Assembly (NCBI GenBank): GCA_963787345.1
Contig: CAWBCW010000036.1
Coordinates: 36,608-100,607, forward strand
Reading direction: 5' to 3'
Origin: an uncultured Bacillaceae bacterium
GTDB taxonomy: Bacteria > Bacillota > Bacilli > Bacillales > Cytobacillaceae
DNA length: 64,000 bases
Below the pieces are notes generated by a model that did not search any database, was not told the DNA's origin, and was given only the letters and a program-made list of their open reading frames with translations. How positions within the stretch are numbered: the first letter of the stretch is position 1; every line of letters starts with the position of its first letter. Positions 19,749 through 30,749 of the stretch are shown here, in pieces. Position numbers and translations under genes: made by a program.

Positions 19749-20822
19749 TTAATTTCGATGCATTTTAAACTTTAAATAAAGCTCGTTATAATAGGCAAGC
19801 ATTTCTTTCCCTAGATCCTCATACACTTCAAGCTTTTCGGTTAGCTCTTCTGGTGGATAAAATCGTTCATCGTTCACTACCTCTTCGTCCAACAGCTCCA
19901 GCGCTGCTAGATTTGGAGTTGAGTAACTAACATAATCTGTATTTTGTGCCGCGTTTTCAGGGTCTAACATAAAATTAATAAACTTGTGTGCCCCCTCTAC
20001 ATTCTTCGCGGTTTTCGGGATGACCATATTATCGAACCAAAGATTGGAGCCTTCCTCTGGAACAACATAATCCAATTTATCATTTTCCCACATGATATCA
20101 GCGGCATCTCCTGACCATACAACGCCGATCGCAGCTTCTTCATTGGCCATCAACAGTTTAATTTCATCGCCGACAATCGCTTTTAAGTTAGGAGTTAACG
20201 TGTCCAACTTAGCCTTCGCTTCAAGTAAATGATCTTTATTTTTATCATTTAGAGAATAATAAAGACTATTTAAGCCAATTCCAATCACTTCACGGGCACC
20301 GTCTACCATTAAAATGTCATTTTTCAATGCTGGATTCCATAAATCGTTCCACCCCTTTAACTCAATATCCCCGAGCAATTCTGGATTAAAGACAATTCCG
20401 ACTGTACCCCAGAAATAAGGTATGGAATAGTGATTCCCAGGATCAAATGACAGATCCATAAATCGTGGGTCAATATGTGTTAAATTCGGTAGCTTCGAGT
20501 GATCGAGGGAAATCAATAAATCCTCATCAATCATTTTTTCAATCATGTATTCTGACGGAACCGCGACATCATAAGTCGTGCCACCTTGTTGGATTTTCGT
20601 TAGCATTGACTCATTAGAATCAAAGGTTTCATAAACTACTTTTATTCCAGTTTCCTCTTCAAATTTATCAATTAAGTCTTCATCAATATAATCTCCCCAG
20701 TTAAAAACCGTGAGTGTATTTCCTGATGAATAGCCTTCTGAAGAATTTAACCGGTTAACCCAAAACACAAATAACAAGGATACGATGATAATGAAGGTAA
20801 ACGCCTGAATGAGTTTTTTCAT
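19749..20822 (-). CDS. potD: Spermidine/putrescine ABC transporter binding protein
   Basis: NWGDYID, FDSNESM, PYFWGTVGI and WFDNMVIP. Confidence 0.93.
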   Translation of the reverse strand: MKKLIQAFTFIIIVSLLFVFWVNRLNSSEGYSSGNTLTVFNWGDYIDEDLIDKFEEETGIKVVYETFDSNESMLTKIQQGGTTYDVAVPSEYMIEKMIDEDLLISLDHSKLPNLTHIDPRFMDLSFDPGNHYSIPYFWGTVGIVFNPELLGDIELKGWNDLWNPALKNDILMVDGAREVIGIGLNSLYYSLNDKNKDHLLEAKAKLDTLTPNLKAIVGDEIKLLMANEEAAIGVVWSGDAADIMWENDKLDYVVPEEGSNLWFDNMVIPKTAKNVEGAHKFINFMLDPENAAQNTDYVSYSTPNLAALELLDEEVVNDERFYPPEELTEKLEVYEDLGKEMLAYYNELYLKFKMHRN

Positions 20823-21619
20823 TTTTTTCGTACCCCCATTCTAGATGAGCGTTTATAACGTTGATTCATAAAATAATAACCAATGACAAGCAACATCGTA
20901 AATAAAAATAACAATGTCGACAATGCATTAATTTCTAATGAAACTCCTCTTCTTGCCATTGAATAGATCTCAACAGATAAAGTCGTAAATCCATTTCCCG
21001 TTACAAAGAATGTGACCGCAAAGTCGTCCAATGAATAAGTTAAAGCCATGAAGAAGCCAGCAAAAATTCCAGGATTAATGTAAGGAATCATTACTTTTGT
21101 TAATACATCCCAGCGGCTTGCCCCTAAATCCCGGGCCGCATCAATAAGACTCGAACTCATTTCCTGTATTTTTGGCAGTACCATAATCACGACAATTGGA
21201 ACACTAAAAGCAATATGTGACAGTAAAACAGAGGTAAAGCCTAATTTAATTCCCAACATCGTAAACGTAATTAAAAACGAAGCACCGATAATAACGTCAG
21301 GACTGACAATTAAGACATTATTTAACGATAATAATGTGTTTTTTGCTTGTCTTCTTTTTACATAAGAAATTCCGAGTGCCCCAATCACTCCGATGATCGT
21401 TGAAATCACTGCAGATAATAAGGCAATAATAATCGTATTAAGCACGATAATTAACATTCTCGTATTCCCGAATAACTCCTTATACCAATCCAATGTGAAC
21501 CCTTCAAAATCAAACATCGTCCCGCCACTATTAAACGAGTAAAAAATTAGGTAAAAGATCGGTGCATAGAGGATGAAAAAGACAAGAATTAGATAGAGCG
21601 TTGAAAACTTAAGCTTCAA
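20819..21619 (-). CDS. potC: Spermidine/putrescine ABC permease
   Basis: LYAPIFYLIFYSFN, DAARDLGAS and SLDDF. Confidence 0.93.
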   Translation of the reverse strand: MKLKFSTLYLILVFFILYAPIFYLIFYSFNSGGTMFDFEGFTLDWYKELFGNTRMLIIVLNTIIIALLSAVISTIIGVIGALGISYVKRRQAKNTLLSLNNVLIVSPDVIIGASFLITFTMLGIKLGFTSVLLSHIAFSVPIVVIMVLPKIQEMSSSLIDAARDLGASRWDVLTKVMIPYINPGIFAGFFMALTYSLDDFAVTFFVTGNGFTTLSVEIYSMARRGVSLEINALSTLLFLFTMLLVIGYYFMNQRYKRSSRMGVRKK

Positions 21620-22422
21620 ATTCTTCCCCTCCTTTTATTACCCGTTATCATCATAATGATGAACATGGCAATAATCAGGAATACAGCAATCACAGCCCCC
21701 ATCCCCCAGTTCTGGGTAACGAGAAAATGCTGTTCAATCGCCGTCCCTAAAGTGATTACTCGATTCCCTGCAATCAATCTTGTTAACATGAACAGAGATA
21801 GAGCTGGGATAAAGACAACTTGACACCCCGACTTGACCCCATCCAATGTTAACGGAAAAACTACCCGACGGAATGTCGTCCATTTGGATGCTCCTAAGTC
21901 AAAGGAGGCATCGGTTAACGTCGGATTTAATTTATCCAATGAATTAAAAATCGGTAAAATCATAAATGGAATAAAGACATACACAGATACAAACACGAAA
22001 CTAAAATCAGTAAACAAGATCTGCTTTGTGCCAACCCCAATCGTTTCAAGAAAGGCATTTGCAATCCCATACGTACCAAAAATCCCAAGGAATGCATAAG
22101 CTTTTAAAAGCAAGTTAATCCAAGATGGTAAAATAATTAGCAATAACCAAAGCTGCTTATGTTTTGTTTTTGTTAAAAAATAAGCCGTTGGATAACCGAT
22201 TAAAAGCGAGAAGGCTGTTATTAAAAAGGCATACCAAAACGAACTAATCGTCATTTGTAGATAAACAGGCGTGAAAAAATTAACATAATTGGATAACGTA
22301 AAATTTCCATGAATATCTAAAAAAGAGTAATAAATAACGAGTAGAATCGGTGCAACAACAAACAAGGCGATCCAAAGCATATATGGAACAAGGTATAGGT
22401 TCCGTGTTTGCTGATTATTCAT
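21616..22422 (-). CDS. potB: Spermidine/putrescine ABC permease
   Basis: [12 protein letters not shown] and DASFDLGAS; start overlaps the potA stop. Confidence 0.93.
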   Translation of the reverse strand: MNNQQTRNLYLVPYMLWIALFVVAPILLVIYYSFLDIHGNFTLSNYVNFFTPVYLQMTISSFWYAFLITAFSLLIGYPTAYFLTKTKHKQLWLLLIILPSWINLLLKAYAFLGIFGTYGIANAFLETIGVGTKQILFTDFSFVFVSVYVFIPFMILPIFNSLDKLNPTLTDASFDLGASKWTTFRRVVFPLTLDGVKSGCQVVFIPALSLFMLTRLIAGNRVITLGTAIEQHFLVTQNWGMGAVIAVFLIIAMFIIMMITGNKRRGRI

Positions 22423-23515
22423 GATCATCACCATATGCTTCAAGTCGTTTATCAAACTCTTCTTCGGTTTCACCAAGCCTCATCACATGGATCGCCTCTT
22501 GTTCAAAGTCTAAGCCAATTTTGTCACCGACTTTTACCCTTTTTGTTGAATGGACAAGCCACTCGTTTTCATCTTCGTCAAAACAGCAAATTTCATAATG
22601 AACCCCACGGAAAAGCAGTGAATCGACGCGAGCAATGAACTTCCCTTTTTCTGCTGTCGTAATTTCTAAATCCTCCGGCCGAATCACAATTTCAACCTTT
22701 TCATTTCGATTGAACCCTTGGTCGACACAATCGAACTCTCTGCCAACAAACTCGACAAGAAAATCCTCTTTCATAATGCCGGAAACAATATTGGACTCGC
22801 CAATAAAGTCTGCCACAAATCGATTGATTGGTTCATCGTAAATATCTGTTGGTGTCCCGCTTTGCTCAACTTTCCCATTATTTATGACGAAAATTTCATC
22901 TGACATCGCAAGTGCTTCTTCCTGATCATGAGTAACAAAAATAAATGTGATACCGAGGCGTCGCTGAAGCTCTTTCAATTCATATTGCATTTCAGTACGC
23001 AGCTTTAAATCAAGAGCTGATAACGGCTCATCGAGAAGAATCACTTCAGGTTCATTGACAATCGCACGGGCAATGGCTACCCTTTGCCTTTGACCGCCAG
23101 ACATCTCACTAATTTCTCTATTTTCAAAACCTGCTAGGTTAACAAATTTTAAGGCTTCTTTCACTTTTTCATTAACCAATTTCTCGTTCATTTTTTTAAT
23201 TCTCAAGCCAAAAGCTACATTTTCAAAGACATTTAAATGCGGAAATAATGCATAATCCTGAAAAACGGTATTCACTTGACGTTTATTGGCTGGAACGTGA
23301 TTGACTAATTTATCATTAATAAATATTTTTCCTTCTGTAGGTTGAATAAAACCCGCAATGAGTCGTAGAATAGTTGTTTTCCCACATCCAGACGGCCCAA
23401 GTAAGGTATAAAATTTCCCCCGCTCTATTTCAAAACTAACATTATTTAAAATAGCGGGATCCTGATCATATTGTTTTGTGACATTTTCAAAGCGAATGAT
23501 TGTATTTTCTTCCAA
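22415..23515 (-). CDS. potA: Spermidine/putrescine ABC ATPase
   Basis: [28 protein letters not shown] and TOBE-like C-terminus. Confidence 0.95.
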   Translation of the reverse strand: MEENTIIRFENVTKQYDQDPAILNNVSFEIERGKFYTLLGPSGCGKTTILRLIAGFIQPTEGKIFINDKLVNHVPANKRQVNTVFQDYALFPHLNVFENVAFGLRIKKMNEKLVNEKVKEALKFVNLAGFENREISEMSGGQRQRVAIARAIVNEPEVILLDEPLSALDLKLRTEMQYELKELQRRLGITFIFVTHDQEEALAMSDEIFVINNGKVEQSGTPTDIYDEPINRFVADFIGESNIVSGIMKEDFLVEFVGREFDCVDQGFNRNEKVEIVIRPEDLEITTAEKGKFIARVDSLLFRGVHYEICCFDEDENEWLVHSTKRVKVGDKIGLDFEQEAIHVMRLGETEEEFDKRLEAYGDDHE

Positions 23516-23794
23516 TCTTTACTCCTCCCAATATAAAAATTTTTACCCTAAGAATTGACCCAATCTTATAATGCTTAATGTGGTAAAACCACACGTTCTT
23601 AAGTGTACAATTATTAAAGAGAAAGTTAAATACAAAGATTTAAAAATATCCTGATATAACGGTTTTTCCCCTCGGCTTTTTTATCGCCGAAAATAATCAG
23701 CCTTGAATATTTTTTTGACAAAAGAACATACTGTATATAAATGCTATATCTCTACAACAAACAATAAGTCCTTAGTCTGAATTTCCAAATAATG

Positions 23795-23825
23795 TTTGAC
23801 AATTTTGTGAACTTTCTGAATAATA
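23795..23825 (+). promoter_or_regulatory. SigA-like promoter overlapped by a TGACAATTTTGTGAAC motif
   Basis: TTGACA-N17-AATAAT; the same 16-mer recurs near 24210. Confidence 0.55.
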
Positions 23826-23863
23826 GAGATACAAATATGATTTATATAGGAGGTTGTCCATAA

Positions 23864-24136
23864 ATGAACTCGCATGGGAAAATTATTTTTATAACAAAGC
23901 TTAGTGCACTTCTTCTATTCTTTATTGGAGCGATCATATTGCTCTATGGCATTACAGCCAACTATAGTTCAATTATTGGAATTGGAATTGGCGTAGAATT
24001 GGGGGCCATCTTCATCGTTCTTCTTGGAATGTTCTTTGTGGCAACAGAGGAAATGGTTGAAACAACATTCAAAGGCGTTGTAACCACATCAAATAGAAAA
24101 GAAAAACAACCTCATTTGCATTTAATTAAGAGATAA
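23864..24136 (+). CDS. Small two-TM membrane protein, paralog 1
   Basis: RBS AGGAGG; motif GIGIG...GAIF...GMFFVATEEM. Confidence 0.75.
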   Translation: MNSHGKIIFITKLSALLLFFIGAIILLYGITANYSSIIGIGIGVELGAIFIVLLGMFFVATEEMVETTFKGVVTTSNRKEKQPHLHLIKR

Positions 24137-24255
24137 AATGCCTTTTGTTCTTCATCTATCAGACCACCGACATAACCTTCAAAGAATTTTTTCATTATCC
24201 ATCATATTTTTGACAATTTTGTGAACACTCTTGAATAGTATATTCTATAGGGGGA

Positions 24256-24480
24256 ATGACGAATATGAATCCATTTATTAAAATGATAACAGCCACTAAA
24301 ACAGCTGGTGCGATTATTCTCACAATTGGAATTGCTATTTTTCTATACGGAATGATTGTAAGCGATTACGTATTTGTTACTGGAATTGGTGTCGGAGCTG
24401 TTATGGGGGCAGTCTTTATCTTCTTAATCGGTATGTTCCTTATTGCAGCAGAAGAAATGATAATTAAAGGGAAAAAGTAA
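24256..24480 (+). CDS. Small two-TM membrane protein, paralog 2
   Basis: RBS GGGGG; motif GIGVG...GAVF...GMFLIAAEEM. Confidence 0.75.
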   Translation: MTNMNPFIKMITATKTAGAIILTIGIAIFLYGMIVSDYVFVTGIGVGAVMGAVFIFLIGMFLIAAEEMIIKGKK

Positions 24481-24507
24481 AGAGAGCGTCCTTCGACGCT
24501 CTCTCTT
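24480..24507. terminator. Bidirectional terminator between the small genes and qoxD
   Basis: AGAGAGCGTC-cttc-GACGCTCTCT. Confidence 0.75.
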
Positions 24508-24514
24508 GTCTTTA

Positions 24515-24796
24515 TTACATATCCCAAAGGAAAATCAATAGTGTACCTAAAATTGTAACTAAAGCCGCAAACATCATAAAAGCAACTTTACCGAAAATAA
24601 ATCCTTTATCCTCAGTTTCGCCAGCATGCATGAATACAACAAATTGTAGAAATGCCTGAACAAAAGCAGTAATAAGTAAAATCGCCATACCTGTATTAAA
24701 AGACAGGTCGAAGAAATATACCGATAAAGCAATAACAGTCAAAAGGAGTGAAGCAACATAACCATTTATCTGTTTGGCTGGAAATAATTCTTTCAT
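24515..24796 (-). CDS. qoxD: Quinol oxidase aa3-600 subunit IV
   Basis: MKELFP, GYVASLLLT and QFVVFMH. Confidence 0.9.
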   Translation of the reverse strand: MKELFPAKQINGYVASLLLTVIALSVYFFDLSFNTGMAILLITAFVQAFLQFVVFMHAGETEDKGFIFGKVAFMMFAALVTILGTLLIFLWDM

Positions 24797-24798
24797 TC

Positions 24799-25395
24799 TT
24801 ACATCATTCCTTTCAAGTAGACGAAGCTGAAGATGAAAATCCAAACTACATCTAGGAAATGCCAGTAAAGCGAGAAAATGAATGATTTATTCGTCGTTCT
24901 AGGAGTCAAACCTTCTTTTTTCACTTGAATCATAATCATAACGCCCCAGAACAAACCAAATGTAACGTGGGCACCATGAGTTGCTAATGTTGACAGCAAA
25001 ATTGCTGTAAAGGCACTTACTTGAAGCCCTGCACCTACATTTACATAATGAACAAATTCATAAATCTCAACACCTAAGAATGCCAAACCTAATACAAGTG
25101 TAATTCCAAAGAATGTCATCATCGCTTTCTTGTTGCCAAGACGCATTGCATGAATAGCAAGACCGATGACAAAACTACTCGTTAACAGGAGAAATGTTTC
25201 AATTAGAATTGGCGTGATTTCAAAAATTTCCGCTCCAGTTGGTCCATTTCCAGTTCGATGTTCTAACGTAAAATAACATGTAAATAGTGTTGCAAATAGC
25301 ATGATTTCACACGCAAGGAACACCCAAAAACCAAATATATTTATATCATTTTGTTTTGTACTATATTCTAATGGGAGCGAGTGATCCGTTTTCAT
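24799..25395 (-). CDS. qoxC: Quinol oxidase aa3-600 subunit III
   Basis: FGFWVFLACE, THGAHV and YWHFLDVVW. Confidence 0.93.
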   Translation of the reverse strand: MKTDHSLPLEYSTKQNDINIFGFWVFLACEIMLFATLFTCYFTLEHRTGNGPTGAEIFEITPILIETFLLLTSSFVIGLAIHAMRLGNKKAMMTFFGITLVLGLAFLGVEIYEFVHYVNVGAGLQVSAFTAILLSTLATHGAHVTFGLFWGVMIMIQVKKEGLTPRTTNKSFIFSLYWHFLDVVWIFIFSFVYLKGMM

Positions 25396-27341
25396 CAGTT
25401 AGCACCTCGCAATTTCGTTTCAGTTTCTTCAATTTCTTTAACAGAAATATGATGTCCATCGTCTTTTTCAAATGAACGGATTGCCATAACTGTAAAGAAA
25501 GCTATCGTACTGATAATGACTAATGGCCATATCGCAAAGACGAACGAGAATCCCCATACAAAGAAGATTGCGCCAAAAATGAATGGTGCTCCACTGCTAT
25601 TAGGCATATGAATCTCTTTATACTTTCCTGGGAATAGTTCATGACCCTTTTTCTTCATATCCCATAACGGCTGTCTTGATGCAACCTGTGGTTCAATCGC
25701 AAAGTTATATGATGGAACTGGTGTATGTGTTGCCCACTCAAGTGTACGAGCATCCCATGGATCTGACCCAATGTTCCTTGGTGAGTAACGAATACTGTAA
25801 TAAACATTGTAAACAATAAGCGCAAATCCAATTGCCATAATTCCTGCACCGACGAACGAAAGCATATTCAACGGACCAAAGCCAGTTGATTCAGAATACG
25901 TATACATACGACGCGCTTGACCATCTAGTCCCGTGATATACATCGGGAAGAAGGACAATACGAAACCAATTGATAATAACCAAAATGTCCATTTTCCAAT
26001 TTTTTCATTTAACATGAAACCAAACATTTTTGGCCAGTAATACGTTAAACCAGCTAGCATCGCAAAAACAACCCCTGGGATAATCGTATTATGGAAGTGA
26101 GCTACTAGGAACATCGTGTTATGGTACTGGTAGTCAGCTGCTGACATCGCAAGCATAACCCCTGTTACCCCACCAATTGTAAATAACGGAATAAATCCTA
26201 CTGTGTATAACATTGGAACAGCTAAGCGGATTTTCCCTTTCCACATTGTGAGTAACCAGTTAAATATTTTAACCCCTGTCGGTACTGCAATCGCCATTGT
26301 TGTGATCGAGAAGAAGCTGTTTGCAAGTGCTCCTTGACCCATTGTAAAGAAGTGATGCGCCCAAACAATTAGGGACAAGACTGAGATAATTACAACAGAA
26401 CCAACCATTGATTTATAGCCATATAAGTTACGTCCTGAGAATGTTTGAACAATCTCACTGTATAATCCAAATGCTGGTAGGATTAAGATATATACTTCAG
26501 GGTGTCCCCAAACCCAGAAAAGGTTGGCCCAAAGCATGTCCATACCGCCATTTGTTGTTGTAAAGAAGTTTGTTCCGAATAAACGGTCCATCGTTCCCAT
26601 TCCTAAAGCAATCGCAAAGATCGGGAATACTGTTACAATAATTAAGTTTGTAACGAAAGACGTCCAAGTGAACATTGGCATTCTCATCAATGTCATACCA
26701 GGTGCTCTCATTTTAATAATCGTTGTGATCATATTAATACCTGTCAATAAAGTACCAAGACCTGCAATCTGAATTGCCAACATATAATAGTTCGTTCCAA
26801 CAGATGTACTAAAATCATTACCCGCTAATGGGAAGTATGAAGTCCAACCTGCATCTGGTGAACCACCGATAACGAACGAAATATTAAATAACATTGCACC
26901 CATGAAGAATAACCAGAAACTAATCGCATTCAAACGTGGAAACGCAACGTCACGCGCTCCGATTTGTAATGGAATCAAATAGTTCATAAAAGCCATAATG
27001 AATGGCATAGCCATGAATATAATCATGACAACCCCGTGAGTGGTAAAAATTTCATTATAGTGCTGTGCGTCTAAAAGTTTTGCCTCAGGCGCTGAAAGCT
27101 GTGCACGCAACATAATTGCGTCAACACCGCCACGGAATAACATTAGTAAAGCAGAAAGCAAATACATAATCCCGATACGCTTATGGTCAACTGTCGTTAA
27201 CCACTCACGCCATAGGTAACCCCATTTTTTAAAATAGGTTAAACCTGCGACAATCGCAATCATTGTTAAACCAATGGCGACCATCGATGCATAAATCGCA
27301 GGACTTGGATGTGGTACGGCAAATCGTTCAAAGAACTCCAT
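25395..27341 (-). CDS. qoxB: Quinol oxidase aa3-600 subunit I
   Basis: RGGVD and HYNEIFTTHG quinol-site residues; WGHPEVY, WAHHFF and HFH metal ligands. Confidence 0.96.
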   Translation of the reverse strand: MEFFERFAVPHPSPAIYASMVAIGLTMIAIVAGLTYFKKWGYLWREWLTTVDHKRIGIMYLLSALLMLFRGGVDAIMLRAQLSAPEAKLLDAQHYNEIFTTHGVVMIIFMAMPFIMAFMNYLIPLQIGARDVAFPRLNAISFWLFFMGAMLFNISFVIGGSPDAGWTSYFPLAGNDFSTSVGTNYYMLAIQIAGLGTLLTGINMITTIIKMRAPGMTLMRMPMFTWTSFVTNLIIVTVFPIFAIALGMGTMDRLFGTNFFTTTNGGMDMLWANLFWVWGHPEVYILILPAFGLYSEIVQTFSGRNLYGYKSMVGSVVIISVLSLIVWAHHFFTMGQGALANSFFSITTMAIAVPTGVKIFNWLLTMWKGKIRLAVPMLYTVGFIPLFTIGGVTGVMLAMSAADYQYHNTMFLVAHFHNTIIPGVVFAMLAGLTYYWPKMFGFMLNEKIGKWTFWLLSIGFVLSFFPMYITGLDGQARRMYTYSESTGFGPLNMLSFVGAGIMAIGFALIVYNVYYSIRYSPRNIGSDPWDARTLEWATHTPVPSYNFAIEPQVASRQPLWDMKKKGHELFPGKYKEIHMPNSSGAPFIFGAIFFVWGFSFVFAIWPLVIISTIAFFTVMAIRSFEKDDGHHISVKEIEETETKLRGAN

Positions 27342-27401
27342 CCTTTAAGAACTCCTTTCGAGAGAAAATTATCAATCTATTTTTCGAGCGTAATTTAAGA
27401 A

Positions 27402-28295
27402 TTAATGATTACTATGATCTGTAGGATCATCAGTCACATGTTCCTCATCTGTAACGTTACTATGAGCGCTATGTGGTTCTGGTGCTGGTGAAAAGTCTAA
27501 ATGTGTACCTGTAAATGTCATTTGTCCAAGATGGCCTGGCTCTAATAACTCTTCAAACTTTTCTTCTGTTAAAGGTTTGGCTGTTTCGTGTACTTCCTCA
27601 ACCCATTCATCAAAATCAGCTTGAGTCATAGCCGTAACGTTAAACGTATTTTCCGCAAACCCTTTACCACTAAAGTTAGCATTACGACCCACCATTTCAC
27701 CCGGATTATCTGCTGCTAAGTGAAGGGTTGTAAGCATGTCTGCCATCGCATACTTTTGTCCACCTAATTGTGGAATCCAGAAACTTGTGATTGGTCCATA
27801 TGAATATAATCTAAATTCAAGCGGACGGCCTGCCGGAATATAAAGATAGTTTACTGTTTCAACGTTCTCTTCCGGATAACTGAAATGCCATTTCCAGTCA
27901 GAAGATGATGCATAAATGACTAACGGTTCTTGATCTGCATATTTTGTAGGTGTTGCTTCGACGATGTAGTTACTTTGTACAGATACGAAAGATAAATATA
28001 TAACGATTAAAATTGGGATACCGAATAAAACAACTTCAAGCCAAGGATGCCCCTCAATTTCAGGCGGTTCATAATCCGGACTTTGTTTTGAAGCACGATA
28101 CTTAATTAAAATAATGATTAGAGCAATAAATACAGCAATGACAACAAACGACATAATTCCAATCGAAATCATAATGTCGTGAGCTTGCCTTTCAGCCTGC
28201 GGACCCTTAGGATCTAATACTAGCAATGGTTCACAACCTGAAAGTATGGTGGCGATCGTTATTAACACCATGAGGAAAGCCCCTTTTAACTTCAT
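27402..28295 (-). CDS. qoxA: Quinol oxidase aa3-600 subunit II
   Basis: Lipobox LSGC, VLDPKG, WKWHFSYP and SFWIPQLGGQ; no CuA cysteines. Confidence 0.94.
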   Translation of the reverse strand: MKLKGAFLMVLITIATILSGCEPLLVLDPKGPQAERQAHDIMISIGIMSFVVIAVFIALIIILIKYRASKQSPDYEPPEIEGHPWLEVVLFGIPILIVIYLSFVSVQSNYIVEATPTKYADQEPLVIYASSSDWKWHFSYPEENVETVNYLYIPAGRPLEFRLYSYGPITSFWIPQLGGQKYAMADMLTTLHLAADNPGEMVGRNANFSGKGFAENTFNVTAMTQADFDEWVEEVHETAKPLTEEKFEELLEPGHLGQMTFTGTHLDFSPAPEPHSAHSNVTDEEHVTDDPTDHSNH

Positions 28296-28393
28296 AAGAA
28301 TACCCCTTTCCTTAAGTATACTAATATAGTTTCTTGGTTATATTGAAAGCAATACTACAATGATGATTTAAACTAGATGACTTGCTTCATAGA

Positions 28394-28413
28394 AAAGTTC
28401 ACAATTTGTTCAA
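28394..28413 (-). promoter_or_regulatory. ResD/Rex-like motif upstream of qoxA
   Basis: Minus strand TTGAACAAATTGTGAACTTT, close to the motif at 23797 and 24210. Confidence 0.45.
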
Positions 28414-28860
28414 ATATTATTCAAATATTAGTCACAAATTAACATTCTCAGGTGTCAACTGATTTAAATTATCACTACATCCATGATGATAACATAGTTT
28501 TCAGTAGAGAGTTGTTACAAATTTGTGAATAATAATTGACCAGTATTTATTTTCCGATTTTTCAGTAAAGTAAACCACTGTTTCTATTAAACATCTTAAC
28601 TTTTATTTTGCAAACCTTTTCAGTTTCAATTCTTTTATAACTTCGAAAATATATTAATATACGTTTTTCCACTTTATACTCATTAAAACAGAAATTTTAA
28701 AAAAATGGAAATAAAAAGATTCACAAACTTTTAACAATTTAACAATAAATTTTTTATAAAACAAAAAGGCAAACCTGGAATAATCCAGACTCACCTTCTT
28801 TTCAGACAAATTTCAACATTATGGGATAATTGCGATATAAATCATTGAACGAACAGCCCT

Positions 28861-30504
28861 TTATCGTTTGAAACCCTGTTTTATTAATTTCCGATGACGC
28901 AAGAGCATTCTTAAATAGGAAATAAAACTAATAACTAACAGCCCAACACTTCCATATAAGAGATAGAGATGATTAAAGTAATAACTTATATAAGTTAAAA
29001 CAAGGCTTACGAGAATTACGAGAAAAGCATCTCTCTTTCTTGAAACAAGCATTTCATGTTTCATATTGAGCAGTTGACTGGCCTTTTGCCATTCTCGATA
29101 TTTATTTGGTTCATCGAATAGCTGCTGAAGTTGGTTCGGCAAAGATACTAGCGGCTTAAGGGTAGACTTTGCAAAATTTAGGACGGTATCTTTTGCACCA
29201 TCCATATTTTCTTTCAACCATTGCTTAATAATCGGACTGCACATCGCTAATAAATCCATTTTCGGATCCAATGTATACAAATTTCCTATGAATGTTGAGA
29301 TGGCTCGTCCTAAGAATGCATACTCACTTGGAAGTTGGATCGGTTGTTCATGTACAAGTTTCTCAATATCAGTCATGATTTCTTCAACAACCCTCGTATC
29401 TTCTGCATTTATTCCACTATCACTATATGTATCAACGAGCATTTGAATAATTCTTGCGATTTCATCTTTATCGGCATGAGGAAGTAAAAACTTCATTCCC
29501 TCCAATGCATGTACAACCCGATCATAGTCTTTAATCATAACTCCAATGACGATATCACGAATATGCATTGCATCCCTTTTTTTAATGATTCCAATCATAC
29601 CGAAATCAATCAGCACAATGGTCCCGTCTGCTTTCACCATAATATTACCCGGATGTGGATCGGCATGGAATTTCCCTTCTTGAAGAAGCTGACCTAAGAA
29701 TGCCTCTAATAAGACTGTAGAAATCCTATAACGATCTAACTGGTTCTTCTCTAAAAATTCAATATCTGTCAACCTGCTGCCTTCCATCCACTGCATAATG
29801 AGTACCTTTTTGGTCGAGTACTCAGAATAATAGTAAGGAATCTCAATCCCTGAAAAGTCCTCATACTTCTTTTTAAAATAAAGGCCATTTTCTAATTCCA
29901 GCTTAAAGTCAAGCTCGTCTCCGATCGTTCGGACAAACTCTCGATAAAAAAGCGAGAGGTCCATCGAGTTTTCTAAGTTAGTAAAATGTTTTAACATCCA
30001 TATGACAATTCTTACAGCTCTAAAATCACTATAAATAATTTTTCCAATCTTGGGCCGTTGGATTTTGACAGCCACTGTCTCTCCATTATATAGTACCCCT
30101 TTATAAACCTCACCAATCGATGCCGAGGCAACCGGTTCTGTCGTAATATCCTTTAAAATCTCGGTATAAGGCTTTCCCCATTCCTCTTCTAATACGACTT
30201 TAGCGCGATCCCATGAAACAGCCGGAACTTGGTCAAGTAAGTCCATTAGTTCTTCTAAATAAGCATCAGGCATAATATCTTTACGTGTACTCAAATACTG
30301 ACCGAGCTTTATTAATACCCCTTCTAAATAAAGGGCTTTCTCTTTATATCTTATTGCCTGCTTCCTGAGCAAAGCCTCCCACTTTCGATCTGTTCCATCC
30401 GTCCAATTACGGCGATGTCTTTTTCGAAACAAAATAATTTCGACAAATATTCTTACAGCCATCCACACTATAGTGAGAATCCGGTAGAGGGAGAAGTACT
30501 TCAT
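28861..30504 (-). CDS. ABC1/UbiB (AarF) family atypical kinase
   Basis: IKLGQYLSTR, ASASIGEVY, VAVKIQRP, FHADPHPGN and LIDFGM. Confidence 0.92.
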   Translation of the reverse strand: MKYFSLYRILTIVWMAVRIFVEIILFRKRHRRNWTDGTDRKWEALLRKQAIRYKEKALYLEGVLIKLGQYLSTRKDIMPDAYLEELMDLLDQVPAVSWDRAKVVLEEEWGKPYTEILKDITTEPVASASIGEVYKGVLYNGETVAVKIQRPKIGKIIYSDFRAVRIVIWMLKHFTNLENSMDLSLFYREFVRTIGDELDFKLELENGLYFKKKYEDFSGIEIPYYYSEYSTKKVLIMQWMEGSRLTDIEFLEKNQLDRYRISTVLLEAFLGQLLQEGKFHADPHPGNIMVKADGTIVLIDFGMIGIIKKRDAMHIRDIVIGVMIKDYDRVVHALEGMKFLLPHADKDEIARIIQMLVDTYSDSGINAEDTRVVEEIMTDIEKLVHEQPIQLPSEYAFLGRAISTFIGNLYTLDPKMDLLAMCSPIIKQWLKENMDGAKDTVLNFAKSTLKPLVSLPNQLQQLFDEPNKYREWQKASQLLNMKHEMLVSRKRDAFLVILVSLVLTYISYYFNHLYLLYGSVGLLVISFISYLRMLLRHRKLIKQGFKR

Positions 30505-30656
30505 TTTTGTGCCCCTTCCTGAATGATGTTATCTCCATTTTATTACATTATAACCTTAAGCGCATTTTTCAATGAGGATCAATGGTTTCTTTTTCTCCTT
30601 TATTTTAGCGAAAAACGTCATAATTTTGTAACTTATGTCAAACGAAGAAAAACCCT

Positions 30657-30685
30657 TTGACAAAGGATAAAAATCACGATACATT
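30657..30685 (+). promoter_or_regulatory. SigA promoter of the sulP-arsR operon
   Basis: TTGACA-N17-TACATT. Confidence 0.6.
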
Positions 30686-30749
30686 CAAATAGTATGATAT
30701 TTAAATAGTTAGATATACAAATATATATTTAAGGGAGATATGTTGGAAA

